The notes: a model not told the origin generated them from the sequence alone. 49,779 nucleotides of DNA from Chiloscyllium plagiosum (GCF_004010195.1 NC_057711.1:81779238-81829016), one strand, 5' to 3'. Shown: positions 13,601-27,512, counted from the first letter of the stretch. Made by a program: numbers and translations.

Positions 13601-14779
13601 GTATAATGGATTCCAGTTTAAACTCTGGGGAACTAGGGACGTCTCTTTCCTGGGTGACTTTTTTAAGGAGGAGACATGATGTCCTTTGATCAACTGACTC
13701 AGAAGTACAGACTATCTAGCAGAGACATCTTCCATTTTTTCCAAATCAGGGATTTTGTTCAAAAGAGAACTACATTTCTAACTGACCCTAATAGATCTGA
13801 CAAAGGGAAGACGGTGCTTTGCGCTAAGAACACACTTTCTGTCAGGACTTTCTATCACCTGGTTGGGGGTGGGAAGTGGCCCTTCAGACAAGGTCGTGCG
13901 GCTGTTTAAGGTCTGGGAGAGAGAGCTGGGAGTTGAGATCTCCACTGAGACATGGGAGGACATTTGGGAAAACACAAGAAAGACAGCGATTTGTAACAGG
14001 ACCTGTGCCCTACAGCTGAAGATTCTCCACAGGGCCCATCTGGCCCCAGATCGCCTCTCAAAATTCAAAAGGGGGGTAATCTTCAACATGTTCCAAATGC
14101 AACATAAGTACAGGCACTTTCACTCATTGTCTTTGGTCCTGCTGCAAGCTCCGGATATCCTGCAGCACTGTGGTAAGTGCAATAGAGGGGATCTTGGGGA
14201 CAGAATTGGAGATGAACCCGGTCTCTCTTCTCCTGGGTCTGCTCAGTGTCCTTCCTTTACCCACGAATATGAAAAAAACTTTTCAATATCCTTACTTTGT
14301 GTGCAAGAAAAACCGTTTTGCTATGTTGGTTGTCTGAAAACACCCTGGGTCTGTCGGGTTGGCGGAAGTTAGTCCTGGAGCATATCCTTCTGGATTTTCT
14401 TACACGAGTGTAGTTCTCTTTTTGCATTGTTGTGATTTGTATTGTTTTTAGTTTAAATGTAATATTTTAAAAATCTATTTCAATAAAAATACATTTTTAA
14501 AAAATTATCTGGTTATTCATTTGGACTTAATGTGAGATTGTATTATACGTAATTTAGCTACAGTATCTGCCCATATAACTTAACAGCTATGTCAAATAAA
14601 AGCACCCTGTTGTAGCTTGGGGCCATAAAAGGGGCTATAAAAATTGAAATCCTTACCTTTCACTTACTCTATCTGTGCTAAACTCTATAATCAAAGAACC
14701 TCTGCAAATCAGCAAATTAGAGCAGTTTAAGGTTGAATTTTGCTTGCTGATGATAGAAAGAAAATAGCTAGCATTTCCA

Positions 14780-14995
14780 GGGTGGCATGATGGCTCAATG
14801 GTTAGAACTGCTGCCTCAGTGCCAGGGGCTCAGTTTGATTCCACTTTTGGGTGACTGTCTGTGTACAGTTTGCACATTCTCCCAGTGTCTGTATGGGTTT
14901 CCTCCCACAGTCCAAAGATGTGCTGATTACCTGGATCTGGGTGGGATGCTCTTCAGAGGATCAGTATGGATTCGATGCATGTTGTAGGGATTCTA
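14780..14995 (+). mobile_element. Degenerate, internally deleted HE1-type SINE
   Basis: gggtggcatgatggctcaatggttag head, tttgcacattctccc core, gtagggattcta end. Confidence 0.7.
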
Positions 14996-15729
14996 CCACA
15001 CTCTCATATCACGAGCACCGCAGAGTTAGTATTAGCCACGGGGTTACATTTTTTCTGCAGTGTCAGCCAATTTGATCACAGCTAAATCACATCAACAACA
15101 TAACAAATAATTCATCTTTTTTAATAGCAAGGTTGAGGATAAATGTGCAAATACTTTACATCCATCTAGTGATAATAAAAAAGCATGTGATGCCTAAATG
15201 CAACCCAGTAATATCCAATTTGAATGAAGGTGGATTGAAGAACAGGCAACTGATCTACTGAGGAGTAGGGTCAGTTGTCAAAATAGTGACAAGTACTGTA
15301 TATAACAAATTGCTTTATTTCGCATGAAAAGCATAAAAGAATAGAATATAATTTCTCTAATTATAACTATTTCTTGTTGTTACTCCGAATATACTATAAC
15401 AAAATAAGGCACTTATTCTCAGGTGGGACTGCCTCTGGTGTGGGAGCTCCTGGCACCAGTTGAACATCTCTGAAGCACACTAGATAAAAACTTGTTGTAA
15501 ATTCAACACTACATTCGCTTTAATTTTTTCTCCACTGTGTATAACTTTTGAGGTCCATGTGCAGCAGCAGCTTCGGGGTGTAATGTGAAATTAGGAAATC
15601 TAGTTACAACTGTATCAATGAGACTGCACAAAGAGCATTTGTGTAAAGTTGATTTTCTTACTTAAGAAGTGATTTACTGACATTGCAATCAGTCAGCAGA
15701 GGTTTGGGAGGCTGATTCTGGAATGTAGG

Positions 15730-16050
15730 GGAGGCAGTAGCATCGTGGTAATGAGGTCCAGACAAATGGGGGCATGTGTTCACATCTCACCACGGTAGCT
15801 GGTATAGTTTAAGTTAAACAATGTTGAGTTGAAAGCTAGTTTTAGTCACGGGGTCATGAAAATCTGCCTTGTTCATTAATACCTTTTGGGAAAATAAATC
15901 TCCCATTCTCACCTGGTCTGGCCTATATGTGGCTCCACATCCACTGTTATGTGCTTGGCTCTTCACTGTCCTCTGAAGTGGCTCAGCCACTCAGTTCCAG
16001 GGTAGTTAGGGATTTGCAACAAATGCCATTGCTAGTGATGCTCAAATTCC
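15730..16050 (+). mobile_element. Old tRNA-derived SINE with LINE-like 3' tail
   Basis: Degenerate A/B-box head. Tail gggtagttagggatttgcaacaaatgc resembles ggcaattttgggatgggcaataaatgc at ~6594-6620. Confidence 0.45.
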
Positions 16051-16522
16051 ATGACATATTTTTAAATCAAGTGGTTGCCTTTAATCATCTGAATTTAGAA
16101 GAAAGAGAAGTGATTCCTGAAACATAAGATTGTGAGCTTGCTTGATGGAGCAAATGCTGAGTGCTTTGCTTCCCCTTGTGCAGCAATCCAAAACCTGGTG
16201 AAACTGTTTAAAAATATAGGGTCACCCATTTACAATGAAGATGACCAGCAACCTCTTCTCAAACACTTTATGGTCTTTGGAATTCTTCTTCACAGAGAGC
16301 AGAAGAAGTTGGATTATTGACTATAGTCAATGCTGTGCAAGACAGTTTTTTGATTTACAAGGGAATCAAAGGTTAAGGGGGGCAGTCAAAAAAGCAACCA
16401 CAGTCTTGTGGAATGGTATAGCAAGTTCGATGGATTGAATAGCCTACTGCTGCTCCTAGTTCTTAGGGTTTAATGCATGAAAATACACGCATTTGTCAGA
16501 AAGTTAAATTAATTCACTGTAC

Positions 16523-16692
16523 CTGAAGTGAGTCCTTACAATGGCTGAACAGCTTCTTTATTCCAGAGGTACTAATGCACTTTCTCCCGTTATTGCATCG
16601 ATAAAGTCTGAGGCTTTGTGGGTGATGTCGTCCAATGTTTGCTAGCCTGTTATCATTCAAACAACTGCAATTTTCAATCTGAATAATCTTCC
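16523..16692 (-). CDS. Host F-box/LRR protein, internal coding exon ((W)KIIQIENCSCLNDNRLANIGRHHPQSLRLYRCNNGRKCISTSGIKKLFSHCKDSLQ)
   Basis: Acceptor cttctcttccag|GG, donor CTTCAG|gtacag; 170 nt. The phase 1 start completes the F-box terminal Trp (T+GG); phase 0 end. Confidence 0.88.
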
Positions 16693-16759
16693 CTGGAAGA
16701 GAAGTACTGAACTTCAAAGTTCTGATCACATAAAAACATAAATAAAATCAGCTATAATT

Positions 16760-16850
16760 TAAAAATGCTGCGGTTGCTGGAAATCTGAAATAAATAATAG
16801 CAGAAAATGTTGGAGAAATTCAACAGGTCTGGCAGCACATGTGGAGCAAA
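16760..16850 (-). mobile_element. Penelope-type terminal fragment, followed by a + strand CR1 3' tail (~16865-16978)
   Basis: gttgctggaaatctg..aacaggtctggcagca resembles the other PLE ends. The CR1 tail gaccgaagggtctgtttc..ctctatgactc recurs at 21690-21780. Confidence 0.5.
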
Positions 16851-18117
16851 AAAGAGAATAAAAGTCAGGATATGGGCCGGGTGCTGGCAGGTTGGGCTAG
16901 ATTGGGTTGAAATATCTGGTTGGCATGGACGGGTTGGACCGAAGGGTCTGTTTCTGCGCTGTACATCTCTATGACTCCAGTGTGACTCTTCTTTTGCCCT
17001 TCGAGGTCCAGAATTCAGAAAAATAGTTACATTTCTTTGCAGAGTAAGGATCTTGCTGTATTTTTAAGTTTATTCTACCCATGCTTCATTTTAGTTTCCT
17101 ACTCAGTTCATATAAGCATTGGCCAAAATGTAGGCATGCAACCCCCTTCCTAATTTTCAAAATGATTGCTGTGAAATTAGGCAGTAAGGTGCAGAAGAAT
17201 GTTGCATTATGAGCACCACCCTCCCCCCACCAACCTGCAATACCACCCTGATTCTGGACACAAAGAATTCTTAAAAGTCAGAAGTGTATTTTTAATTGGC
17301 ATTCTCAGTATGGTACCAATTCGGCAACTCTCAGGATTTCAAAATGCTCGCACTGCATTTACATATCCAAAGATGGTTTATTCTGAAGTTACACACACAC
17401 AAACAAATTGATGAGAAATTACAACAATTTGAAAGTCACAAAAATTCCTGGCTTCTAGCCAGAAAATTCAACCTCTATGATTTGCATGTGGGCTGACACT
17501 CAGGCTGTCTTCTCATTTCACCCCTGAGGAAGAGGAGCTCCAGCTTTGTCCTTGCAGCTGAGAGGAGAACCTTCAAGGAGATGAACCACAGAGGTGAGCC
17601 ATCTGGGCTTTTCGTTCTGTCATTCTTGCTGTAGCTTTCCAGTTAGCCCCTAGGTTTATTGAAAGTAGTACCTGAGGTGTAGCAACGACAGAATGGTTGA
17701 AGGTAGCAGTCACTGAAAGGACTTCTTCCTTCAGGCAACACTGCATACAGGGTTGGCAGGCCTTTAAATACAGTCCCAGAACCTGCTGCACTGTCAACTG
17801 ATATTAATGTCAAAGCCTGACCTCCAGCCTTGGCCCCTCAATGAGCAGCATCTGTGCCTGACATGGAGTTCATTCTAAAAGAGGACTGGCAAAGTGGATT
17901 ATCAACAAGCAACAGCAATAGCATCAAAGGAGAGCACACAGGTTCTTCTTCCATGGAGCTACTGTCACACTCTCTGGAAAGTGCCATAACAACCCTACGT
18001 ATCTGCTCTTGAACATATTACTAGATTGCTGCTATGTCCTGGAACTCCATTTGAATCATGGTAATTAACCAAAAGGTAAAGTCAATAGTACTACTGGACT
18101 ATCGGGCTGGTCTCTCA

Positions 18118-20490
18118 TTAGAACATAGAACAGTACAGGCCCTTCAGCCCTCGATGTGGTGCCGGCCTTTTATCCGACTCTAAGATCAGACTAACCAACA
18201 TATCCTTCATTGTACTAACTTCCATGTGCCTATCCAAGAGTCGCTTAAATGTCCCTAATGTATCTGACTGCATTCCACGCACCCACCACTGTGTAAAGAA
18301 CCAACCTCTGACATCTCCCCTAAATCTTCCTCCAATTACCTTAAATTATGCACCCTTGTGATAGACATATCCACCATGGGAAAAAAATCTCTGGCTATCC
18401 ACTCCATCTATGGCTCTCAGCATCTTGTACACCTCTACTAAGTCACCTCTCATCCTTCTTCGCTCCAATGAGAAAAGCCTCAGCTCCTTTCACCCTTTCT
18501 TCATCAGACATGCCCTCCAGTCTAGGCAGCATCCGGGTAAATCTCCTCTACATCATCTCTAAAATTTCCACACCCTTCCTACAATGAGGTGACCAGAATG
18601 AATACAATATTCCAAGTGTGGTCTAACCAGGGCTCTACAGACCTGCAGCATAACCTTGCAGCTATTAAATTCAATCCCCCTGCTAATAAAATACATCATA
18701 CCTATTCTTAACAACCCTATCAACCGGAGTGGCAACTTTGAGGGATCTATGGACTTGGACCCCAAGGTCCTCTGTTCCTCCACACTGCCAAGAAACCTGC
18801 CTTTAATCCTGTATTCTGCATTCAAATTCATCCTTCCAAAGTAAATCACTTCATACTTTTCCAGGTTGAACTCCATCTACCAGCCCAGTTCTGCATCCTG
18901 TCCAGTTGGAACCTGCAACATCCCTCCACACTATCCACAACACCACCAACCTTCGTGCCATTGGCAAACTTACTAACCCACCCTTCCACTTCCTCATCCA
19001 AGTCATTTATAAAAGTCACAAAGAGCAGAAGCCCCAGAACCAATTCCTGCAGAACATCATTGTCACCAAGCTCCAGGCTGAATACTTTCCATCTACCAAC
19101 ACCCTCTGTCTTCTATGGGCCAGACAATTCTGTGTCCAGCCAAACAGGTTTCCCTGAATTCCATGCCTCCTTACTTTCTGAATGAGTTTACCATGGGGAA
19201 TCCTATCAAACACCTTGCTAAAATCCATGTATACCACATCCACTGCTCTACCTTCATCAATGTGTTTTGCCACATCCTCAAAGAATTCAGTAAGGCTTGT
19301 GAGGCATGACCTGCCCCTCACAAAGCCATGCTGACTATCTCTAATCAAACTATGGTTTTCCAAGTAATCCTAAATCCTGTCTCGCAGAATGCTCTCCAGT
19401 ACTTTGCCCACTTCTGATGTAAGACTGACTGGTCTGTAATTCCCAGGATTATCCCTATTCCCCTTCTTGAATAGGGAATAACATTTGCCACTCTCCAATC
19501 ATCTGGCACTACTCCAGTGGAGAGCGAGCATGAAAAGATCATTACCAAAGGTGCAGCAATCTCTTCCCTCACTTCCTGTAGTAACCTAAGGTATATACCT
19601 ACCGGCAAAGGGGATTTATCTATTCTTATGATTTTCAAAATTTTCAGCACATCCTCCTCCCTAACATCAACCTACACCAGCGTATCAGTCTGTTTCACAC
19701 TGTTCTCAGAAATTTCAAAGGTCCCTCTGAGTAGTGAATACTGAAGCAAAGTACTCATTAATGACCTCCCCTACAACCTTCAACGCCAGGCACAAGTTCC
19801 CTCCACTATCCCTGATCAGGCCTACCCTCACTCTGGCCATCCTCTTGTTCCTTAAATAAGTGTAGAACTGCTGAGGGCTTTCCGTATTCCTACCCGTGGA
19901 AGCATTTTCATGCCCCCTACTAGCTCTCTTAAGTCCATTCTTAAGATCCTTCTTGGCTACCTTGTAACCTTCTAGAGCCCTGTCTGGTCCTTGCCTCCTT
20001 AACCTTACGTAAGCTTCCTTCTTCCTCTTGGCTAGATGTTCCACAACCCTTGTCACTCAAGGTTCTTTCAACCAACTATCCCGTCCATGCCTTAGTGGGA
20101 CAAACCTGTCCAGCACTATCAGGTGCTTCCTAAACAACCTTCACATTTCTGTTGTGCAATCTGTTCTCAGTTTAGGCACCCCAGTTCCTGCTTAATAGCA
20201 TCGTCATTCCCCCTCCCCCAATTAAATACTTTCCCAAACCATCTGCTCCTATCCCTCTCCAGGAGTTCAGTAAAGGTCAGGGAGTTGTGATCATTATCAC
20301 TAAAATGTTCTCCCACCAAGATATCTGACACCTGGCATGGTTCATCGTCAAGTACCAAATCCAATATCACCTCCCCTCTAGTCGGCTGATCCATATATTG
20401 CATCAGGAACCCTTCCTGGGTGCACCTAACAAAAACTGCTCCATTCAAACTGTTCGAACTATGGAGGTTCCAATCAATATTAGGGAGCTG
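18118..20490 (-). mobile_element. CR1 LINE, ORF2 (APE C-terminus through RT) with 3' tail, frameshifted
   Basis: Serial ORFs with SQHGFVRGRSCLT, VYMDFSKVFD, FINDLD..KFANGTK, LVRPHLEYC and PNIDW..PTRGEVILDLVL. Confidence 0.9.
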
Positions 20491-20866
20491 TGTACATACC
20501 ACCACAAGCAAAGGTTGAGGAAGCTCTGGATGTGCTGTACACACCACTAACACCCTGGAGACAGAGGTAGTGTTTATTGTGACTGGCAATTTCAATCAAG
20601 CCAATCTAAGGAAGGTGTTGCCCAATTAGCACCAGAACATTACCTGCCCCACCAGGGGCCTGAACATTTTAGACTACTGCTACACCTCTGTGAAGGATGC
20701 CTACCGCTCCATTCCCCCTTCACTTCGGGAACTCCGACCACAATGCCATGCTTCTTCTCCGGCTTACAGGCAAAAGCTCAAGCAAGAGACCCCCTCTTGG
20801 ATACAGGTCCAGTGCTGGCCAGAGGAGGCAGAGGATCAACTCCGGTGCTGTCTGGAATCGGCTGAT
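20491..20866 (+). mobile_element. Rex1/Babar-like LINE APE fragment
   Basis: Translates across frameshifts to FIVTGNFNQANL..ITCPTRGLNILDYCYT..AYRS..HFGNSDHNAMLL..YRQKLKQ. Confidence 0.65.
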
Positions 20867-21205
20867 TGAGCCATTGAGTACAGGAATTGGGAGGTCATGT
20901 TGCGGACATTGGTTAGGCCACTGTTGGAATATTGCGTGCAATTCTGGTCTCCTCCCTGTCGGAAAGGTGTTGTGAAACTTGAAAGGGTTCAGAAAAGATT
21001 TACAAGGATGTTGTCAGGGTTGGAGGATTTGAGCTATAATGAGAGGCTGAACAGGCTGGGGCTGTTTTACCTGGAGTGTTGGAGGCTGAAGGGTGACCTT
21101 GTAGAGGTTTGCGAAATCATGAGTGGCATGGATAGGATAAATAGACAAAGTCTTTTCCCTGGGGTGGGGGAGTCCAGAACTAGAGGGCATAGGTTTAGTG
21201 AGAGT
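20867..21205 (+). mobile_element. CR1 ORF2 C-terminal fragment
   Basis: LVRPLLEYCVQFWSP..LERVQKRFTRML..RTRGHRF. Confidence 0.85.
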
Positions 21206-22892
21206 CAAAACAGCAATAGTCTGAGATTCCAATCAAGCCTTCACCAAAAGTTCTACTATTCATCATCAGATGCTGCATAATTAATTGTGGATTGCACAGG
21301 AGAAGCAATGGAGGTAATTATTCACGTTATGTTTGAAAGTAAGGTTTCCAAGACCTATTCACAGCTGGGGAGGTAGACTATGCCATGCTCCTTGACATTG
21401 TACACAAGTTTTATGACAGGCCTGCTGCTGTCCCAAACATTTGCTTGTATACACTAATGAGCTTTTTTCTTCAGGCTGGCTCATTGCAATCTTCATCAAA
21501 CTCCTCTACGGCATAATTAAAATGTAAGGCAGCTTTTCAGCAGGCTGGAACTTGCATTATCCTTTCCTCCTACCCTTCATCCTGTGTGTCCATTGTCTCA
21601 TGTGCCAATCCCTCCTCCAGCTTCTAAATACGCACTTTACTCTTGGAAGCTTCCAGATCTTTGCAAATGAATGAATAAAAAAATAAAATCACAGGACTAG
21701 ATTGGGTTGGGATATCTGGTCAGCATGGACAGGTTGGACCGAAGGGTCTGTTTCCATGCTGTACATCTCTATGACTCTATAATTGTCAGAGTGTGGGAGG
21801 AACCATTTGGCCAATTGTAACTGCAGTCACTCTCCAAGTGAAATTTATGGCTCAAAGTCATTTCCCTGCTTTTTTCCCCAATATCTTGCACATCTAATCA
21901 CCTCTTGAATACCTCGATTGAACCTGCATCCACCACACTTCCAGGCAGTTCATTTTAGACCTGACCCATTCATTGTTTGATAGTATTTTTTTCCCTCATC
22001 AGTTGTGCTTCTTTTGCAATTCACGTTAACTTTATGTCTGCTCATTTCTGATCGTAAGGGATGTTAACTGTTTCTCAGTACCTACGATATCCAGCTCCCT
22101 CATGATTTTTGAGGACGCTAATCAGATCTCCTCATCTCTTCAAGAACAATCCCAACCTCCCCAAATGTCATCATAACTGAAGTTTCTTATTCCTGGAATG
22201 ACTTCTAAATCTCTTCTGCATGTTCTCCAATGCATTCACATTGAGTCTACAGTGTGATAGCCAGAACTGTCTGCAATACTCCAGCTGACATCAACAAGGA
22301 GCTTATACAAATCGGTAAGCATTGGGTTGTGGTCTGGTGAGAGAAGGAAGAAAGGATTACATGATTACAGCATATGACTGCCTAGAACAGACTAGGAGGC
22401 TTAAATACACAGTTGTTAATCATCAACCTTCTGTGCCCACCCAGCAATCGCCACAGCCTCAGCAATACATCTTCGTATCATGGTCAACACTGTCTACTCC
22501 AAGATTGTCAAAACATGTCAGTCCACTTGTTCTCTTCCTATTCCTTCCTGCTGTCTCCTGTTGTATGCCATTTTCTCCTGCAAAGAGGAAGGAAGTGCAT
22601 CAGTGAATGTCCCACAGTATTTGCAGATGTGGAATTCATTGGTTGCCACTGTGTGAAAATCTGTGATTTATGATGGGAGGCATACAATAGTCCTATATGT
22701 GAGGTCTGAGGTAAACCATATGAATTTTAGATTGGGGTACTGATTGAGGAAACTATTGGTAAATGGATAATGGAGGTGCCATGACTTGAACAGTGGATGG
22801 ACTAGAGGTGAAATTGATGAGATACTACTTGCACCTTGTGTCACATCATGAAACGTTTTCTTGGACTACTTCCTGCACAACATTCATGTTAT

Positions 22893-23130
22893 TGAGTTAT
22901 AGAGATGTACAGCACGGAAACAGACTTCATTCATCCATGCTAACCCAGATATCCTAACTAATCTAGTTCCATTTTCCAGCACTTGGCCTATATTCCTCTA
23001 AACCCTTCCTATTCATATACCCATCCAGATGGCTTTTAAATGTTCTAACTGTACCAGCCTCCACCACATCCTCTGGCAGCACCACCCTACACGCATCACC
23101 CTCTGCGTGAAAACATTGCGCTTTAGGTCC
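22893..23130 (-). mobile_element. CR1 3' end fragment
   Basis: Reverse complement of the CR1 tail seen at 21690-21780 (gagttatagagatgtacagcacggaaacagac). Confidence 0.65.
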
Positions 23131-24360
23131 TAATTGAGTTCTACCACTTTAACTTCCTATTTCATCTTGAGCATTTGTCCTCAGAGAGACCTGTCATTCT
23201 GGTACATACAGGATGTCTCTTCTCTCCACATTTTTCACCAAATTGTGCAATGCATCATTAAAAAAGCTTGGTGAATTTTTGCTCACATGTATAGTCATTC
23301 TTCAAAGCATCATATTTCAGTTTTCAATGGACTTCTGCCCTTTTTATGTAGCCACAATGCAGTTGCTCTTTAAGAGGAGCAAACTACCTCTAAGTGATGC
23401 TAGACATTTGCAATAATCAATTCTTTTGCCTATGCAACCATCCAATATACAGTGTGGACAATGCTGCCTTTATGCAGGAACTATTGCAATCAACAAATAG
23501 CATCAATGTAGCTGAACAAATATCCAACATGGGTCAATTACATACAGCAATCACATGCCCCATTTTATGAGTTATTTAATTTAGACATCATTTAAGTTTT
23601 GTTAACATACATTAGTACTCATGTAGAATCATTCCATGAACATACAAATTTCCAAGTATTGCAAAAAGAAATGGAATGTTTATGCATTTAGCTATCAGAG
23701 GGCATGTATGTTCTACAATCAATGTTTTGAAGTTTTGGAAAATTAATTATTTTGCCAAGTTCAAAGAATGCACAGATCAAATTAGGCTGAAAGAGATGAC
23801 AGAAGGCTAGTATCAAATGAAAATACCTTTCTAAGACAAAAATATCACTTATTGTACAGTAGTAAGTCTAATATGATGAATATTTGATCTTTGATTACAT
23901 CAGCCCTGAATCCTAGCCAAATCGCTTCTTTAAAATAAATGAGTATGTACAATCTACTGAACATCTAGAGTATTTCACAATAATGGTTTATTTTCAGGAG
24001 GAGTATAATGAATTTTGGCAACCACACATGGACCTGTGTGTGCATTCTTTTACCCATTACAAGGATAATTGGAATATCTGATGCTATTGGTCAAGAAATT
24101 GTTTGCATTCCTAAACTTACAAATGCTTACGAATTCAATCTCTTAAAAATGCAGGAAAGGTTTTTAACCTTTGTTAGGAGATTGCAATATGTTTTCTCCA
24201 AAATTGGGAGGCCTAAGAATGTACTTAGGGGGGATCCAAGATGGCGGCGACCCAGCAAGTCTGAGTCTACAGTGCTCCTCCCAAGACTTGGGCAAAGTGG
24301 GTCACCCACCCCCACCACACTCACCAAATCATTTAAAATAGTTGTTTAATTTAATTAGTT

Positions 24361-25784
24361 GATGAGAGATGTTCTCTCCAAAATGGGCTTTGGGGAGGGA
24401 ATCTGCAATTGGATCAGACTGCTCTACACCAACATTGTTAGTGCAGTCCCAATCAATGGGTGGGAATCAGATAGCTTCCCAGTCAGATCTGGGGTCAGGC
24501 AGGGCTGCCCTCTCTTTCCTGCCTTGTTTGTGTGCTGCATAGAGCCATTTGCCGAGTCCATCAGGAAGGATGCGAGCCTGAGAGGAGTGACTATTCCTGG
24601 CAGCGGGGGCATGCAGGTTAAGGTCTCCCTGTACATGGATGACGTCGCCGTTTTCTGCTCGGATCCGCTGTCCATGCGCAGACTCATGTGCATATGTGAC
24701 CAGTTCGAACGGGCCTCGGGGCCAAGGTAAACCGAGGCAAGAGCGAGGCCATGCTCTTTGGGAACTGGGCCGACCANNNNNNNNNNNNNNNNNNNNNNNN
24801 NNNNNNNNNNNNNNNNNNNNNNNNNNNNNNNNNNNNNNNNNNNNNNNNNNNNNNNNNNNNNNNNNNNNNNNNNNNNNNNNNNNNNNNNNNNNNNNNNNNN
24901 NNNNNNNNNNNNNNNNNNNNNNNNNNNNNNNNNNNNNNNNNNNNNNNNNNNNNNNNNNNNNNNNNNNNNNNNNNNNNNNNNNNNNNNNNNNNNNNNNNNN
25001 NNNNNNNNNNNNNNNNNNNNNNNNNNNNNNNNNNNNNNNNNNNNNNNNNNNNNNNNNNNNNNNNNNNNNNNNNNNNNNNNNNNNNNNNNNNNNNNNNNNN
25101 NNNNNNNNNNNNNNNNNNNNNNNNNNNNNNNNNNNNNNNNNNNNNNNNNNNNNNNNNNNNNNNNNNNNNNNNNNNNNNNNNNNNNNNNNNNNNNNNNNNN
25201 NNNNNNNNNNNNNNNNNNNNNNNNNNNNNNNNNNNNNNNNNNNNNNNNNNNNNNNNNNNNNNNNNNNNNNNNNNNNNNNNNNNNNNNNNNNNNNNNNNNN
25301 NNNNNNNNNNNNNNNNNNNNNNNNNNNGGCCTGTTCCCCGGGATGCACACTGAGACGAGCATCAACTGTGCCTGGTGGATCATCAACTCGGTGAAGGACG
25401 CTCTCTGGGTGATCGAAACCTGTTGATCTTCCAGCTGAAGGAGTTGACCCCGACTGAGTGCTGCAGACTGGCACATTCCAAGGTCCAGGACTACGTGTTG
25501 AGGGACGCGCTGAAGCTTGGGGCAGCTGCCGCCAAGGCGCGGTGGGGAAAGACCACTGTGTAAAGTCTGCCTGCCTAACGAAGAACAGGGGGCCCATGCA
25601 GTCACTTGGGCTCTGCTGACGCCTCAGCTAATTATATGGGCATATGATTGAAAAATATACAGACCTGTATAAAAATGATAAATTCTGATCTCTGTATGTA
25701 CATGTTTACATATGTATGGCATGACCAACTGTACAGACCATCAAATTATTTTATGAATAAAGTATATTTTTGAAATAAAAAAAA
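24361..25784 (+). mobile_element. Tx1-type LINE, 5'-truncated, inserted in the L1 5' UTR
   Basis: SGVRQGCPL..CCIEPFAESIR..YMDDV; C-terminus ..RWGKTTV*; AATAAA at 25756 and poly-A to 25784. Contains a gap. Confidence 0.8.
24777..25327. other. Assembly gap
   Basis: Run of N. Confidence 1.
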
Positions 25785-26821
25785 GTTTAGTATTGAATTT
25801 AAACAATTTAATCTTCAGTAAAAATGACTAAAGGGAAGGGAGCCCGCAGCTCTCAGCAGGCAGCAACCCCTCCCCCACCCTCTCCAGCTGCAGCAGAGGT
25901 GTCCGCAGCCGCCCCGGGGGACTTACCTACCACGGCGAGCCTTGTGGAAATCATCTCCAAACTGGATGCGAAGATCAACGCTTTTATTGAAGAATCCCGA
26001 AGTCGATGGGACTCACTCTCGGCTGCGCTGCAAAAGCACGACTGAGACATTAAGGAAATCGAGCGCCTAGTCGGAGGGGCGGAGCTAAAGGCTGCAAACT
26101 CCGAAACTACAGCACAATCGGCCGTGGATCGGGTCCGGACTCTCGAACGGCAAGTCCGGACCTTAGAGAACCACACTGACGACCTGGAGAATAGAGGTCA
26201 TTGTAAAAATATTCGTTTGCTGGGCCTTCCCGAACAGGAAGAGGAAGGCCAGCTTACAAGGTTCCTTGAACAGTGGCTTCCACAGCTGTTAAATCTGGAG
26301 GCTGGATCAGGCCAGGTAAAGGTGGAATGGGCCTACCGGGTCGCAATACGCGGGCCCGGCTGTCTTTCTTGGAAAATGTGACTCACAGTTGTGCACAGCA
26401 AGAGGAAGATTCAGAAACAATAAAGGGACAAATGAGCAGTTAATATTGCAGCAGAAGGCAATAAGGAGGTTAGCAGAGGGACATTGTGTTCTTCTGAAAG
26501 GAGCCATGTGGTACATCTACATCCAAACATGTTTCACACCCAATTTAAGGCGGCCAGTTCCAATAACGTCATACCATTTCAATATTCCCTTCATCAAACT
26601 GCTTCTACACTGTAGGGATTCCATGCACCTTCATTGTACTGCCTTCAGTACAATACAAAGATATCCATCCTTAAATATGGAAAACTATATTATACTGACT
26701 ACAGTCTGTTCTGCTATAGCATGATGATTACATTCTTGTGTGACCTTGTGTTTTAGAAAATCCTGCAACAGAAATGACGGGGCGTGTGGGAAAAACAGGG
26801 TTGGGGTGAATCATTAAAATA

Positions 26822-27000
26822 GGTAAAAACAATGACTGCAGATGCTGGAAACCAGATTCTGGATTAGTGGTGGTGGAAAAGCACAGCAGTTCAGGCAGCA
26901 TCTGAGGAGCAGTAAAATTGATGCTTTGGGCAAAAGCCCTTCATCAGGAATACAGGCAGAGTATCTGAAGGGTGGAGAGATAAATGAGAGGAGGGTGGGG
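26822..27000 (-). mobile_element. Penelope-like element terminal repeat with degenerate hammerhead
   Basis: Minus strand reads CTGATGAAGGGCTTTTGCCCAAAGCATC (GAAA box mutated). Related to 1376-1500. Confidence 0.65.
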
Positions 27001-27512
27001 NNNNNNNNNNNNNNNNNNNNNNNNNNNNNNNNNNNNNNNNNNNNNNNNNNNNNNNNNNNNNNNNNNNNNNNNNNNNNNNNNNNNNNNNNNNNNNNNNNNN
27101 NNNNNNNNNNNNNNNNNNNNNNNNNNNNNNNNNNNNNNNNNNNNNNNNNNNNNNNNNNNNNNNNNNNNNNNNNNNNNNNNNNNNNNNNNNNNNNNNNNNN
27201 NNNNNNNNNNNNNNNNNNNNNNNNNNNNNNNNNNNNNNNNNNNNNNNNNNNNNNNNNNNNNNNNNNNNNNNNNNNNNNNNNNNNNNNNNNNNNNNNNNNN
27301 NNNNNNNNNNNNNNNNNNNNNNNNNNNNNNNNNNNNNNNNNNNNNNNNNNNNNNNNNNNNNNNNNNNNNNNNNNNNNNNNNNNNNNNNNNNNNNNNNNNN
27401 NNNNNNNNNNNNNNNNNNNNNNNNNNNNNNNNNNNNNNNNNNNNNNNNNNNNNNNNNNNNNNNNNNNNNNNNNNNNNNNNNNNNNNNNNNNNNNNNNNNN
27501 NNNNNNNNNNNN
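27001..27512. other. Assembly gap
   Basis: Run of N. Confidence 1.

Larger units (their letters stand above)
8602..14504 (+). mobile_element. Near full-length decayed L1-clade LINE (5' UTR, ORF1 ~8770-9603, ORF2 APE-RT ~10670-14400, poly-A end)
   Basis: Starts ggggaatccaagatggc. ORF1 LENRG motif; APE motifs (LQETH, DFNC, SD); RT motifs (SLDAEKTFD, QGCLLSP, YADD). AATAAA at ~14482 then A-rich tail. Many stops and frameshifts. Confidence 0.85.
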
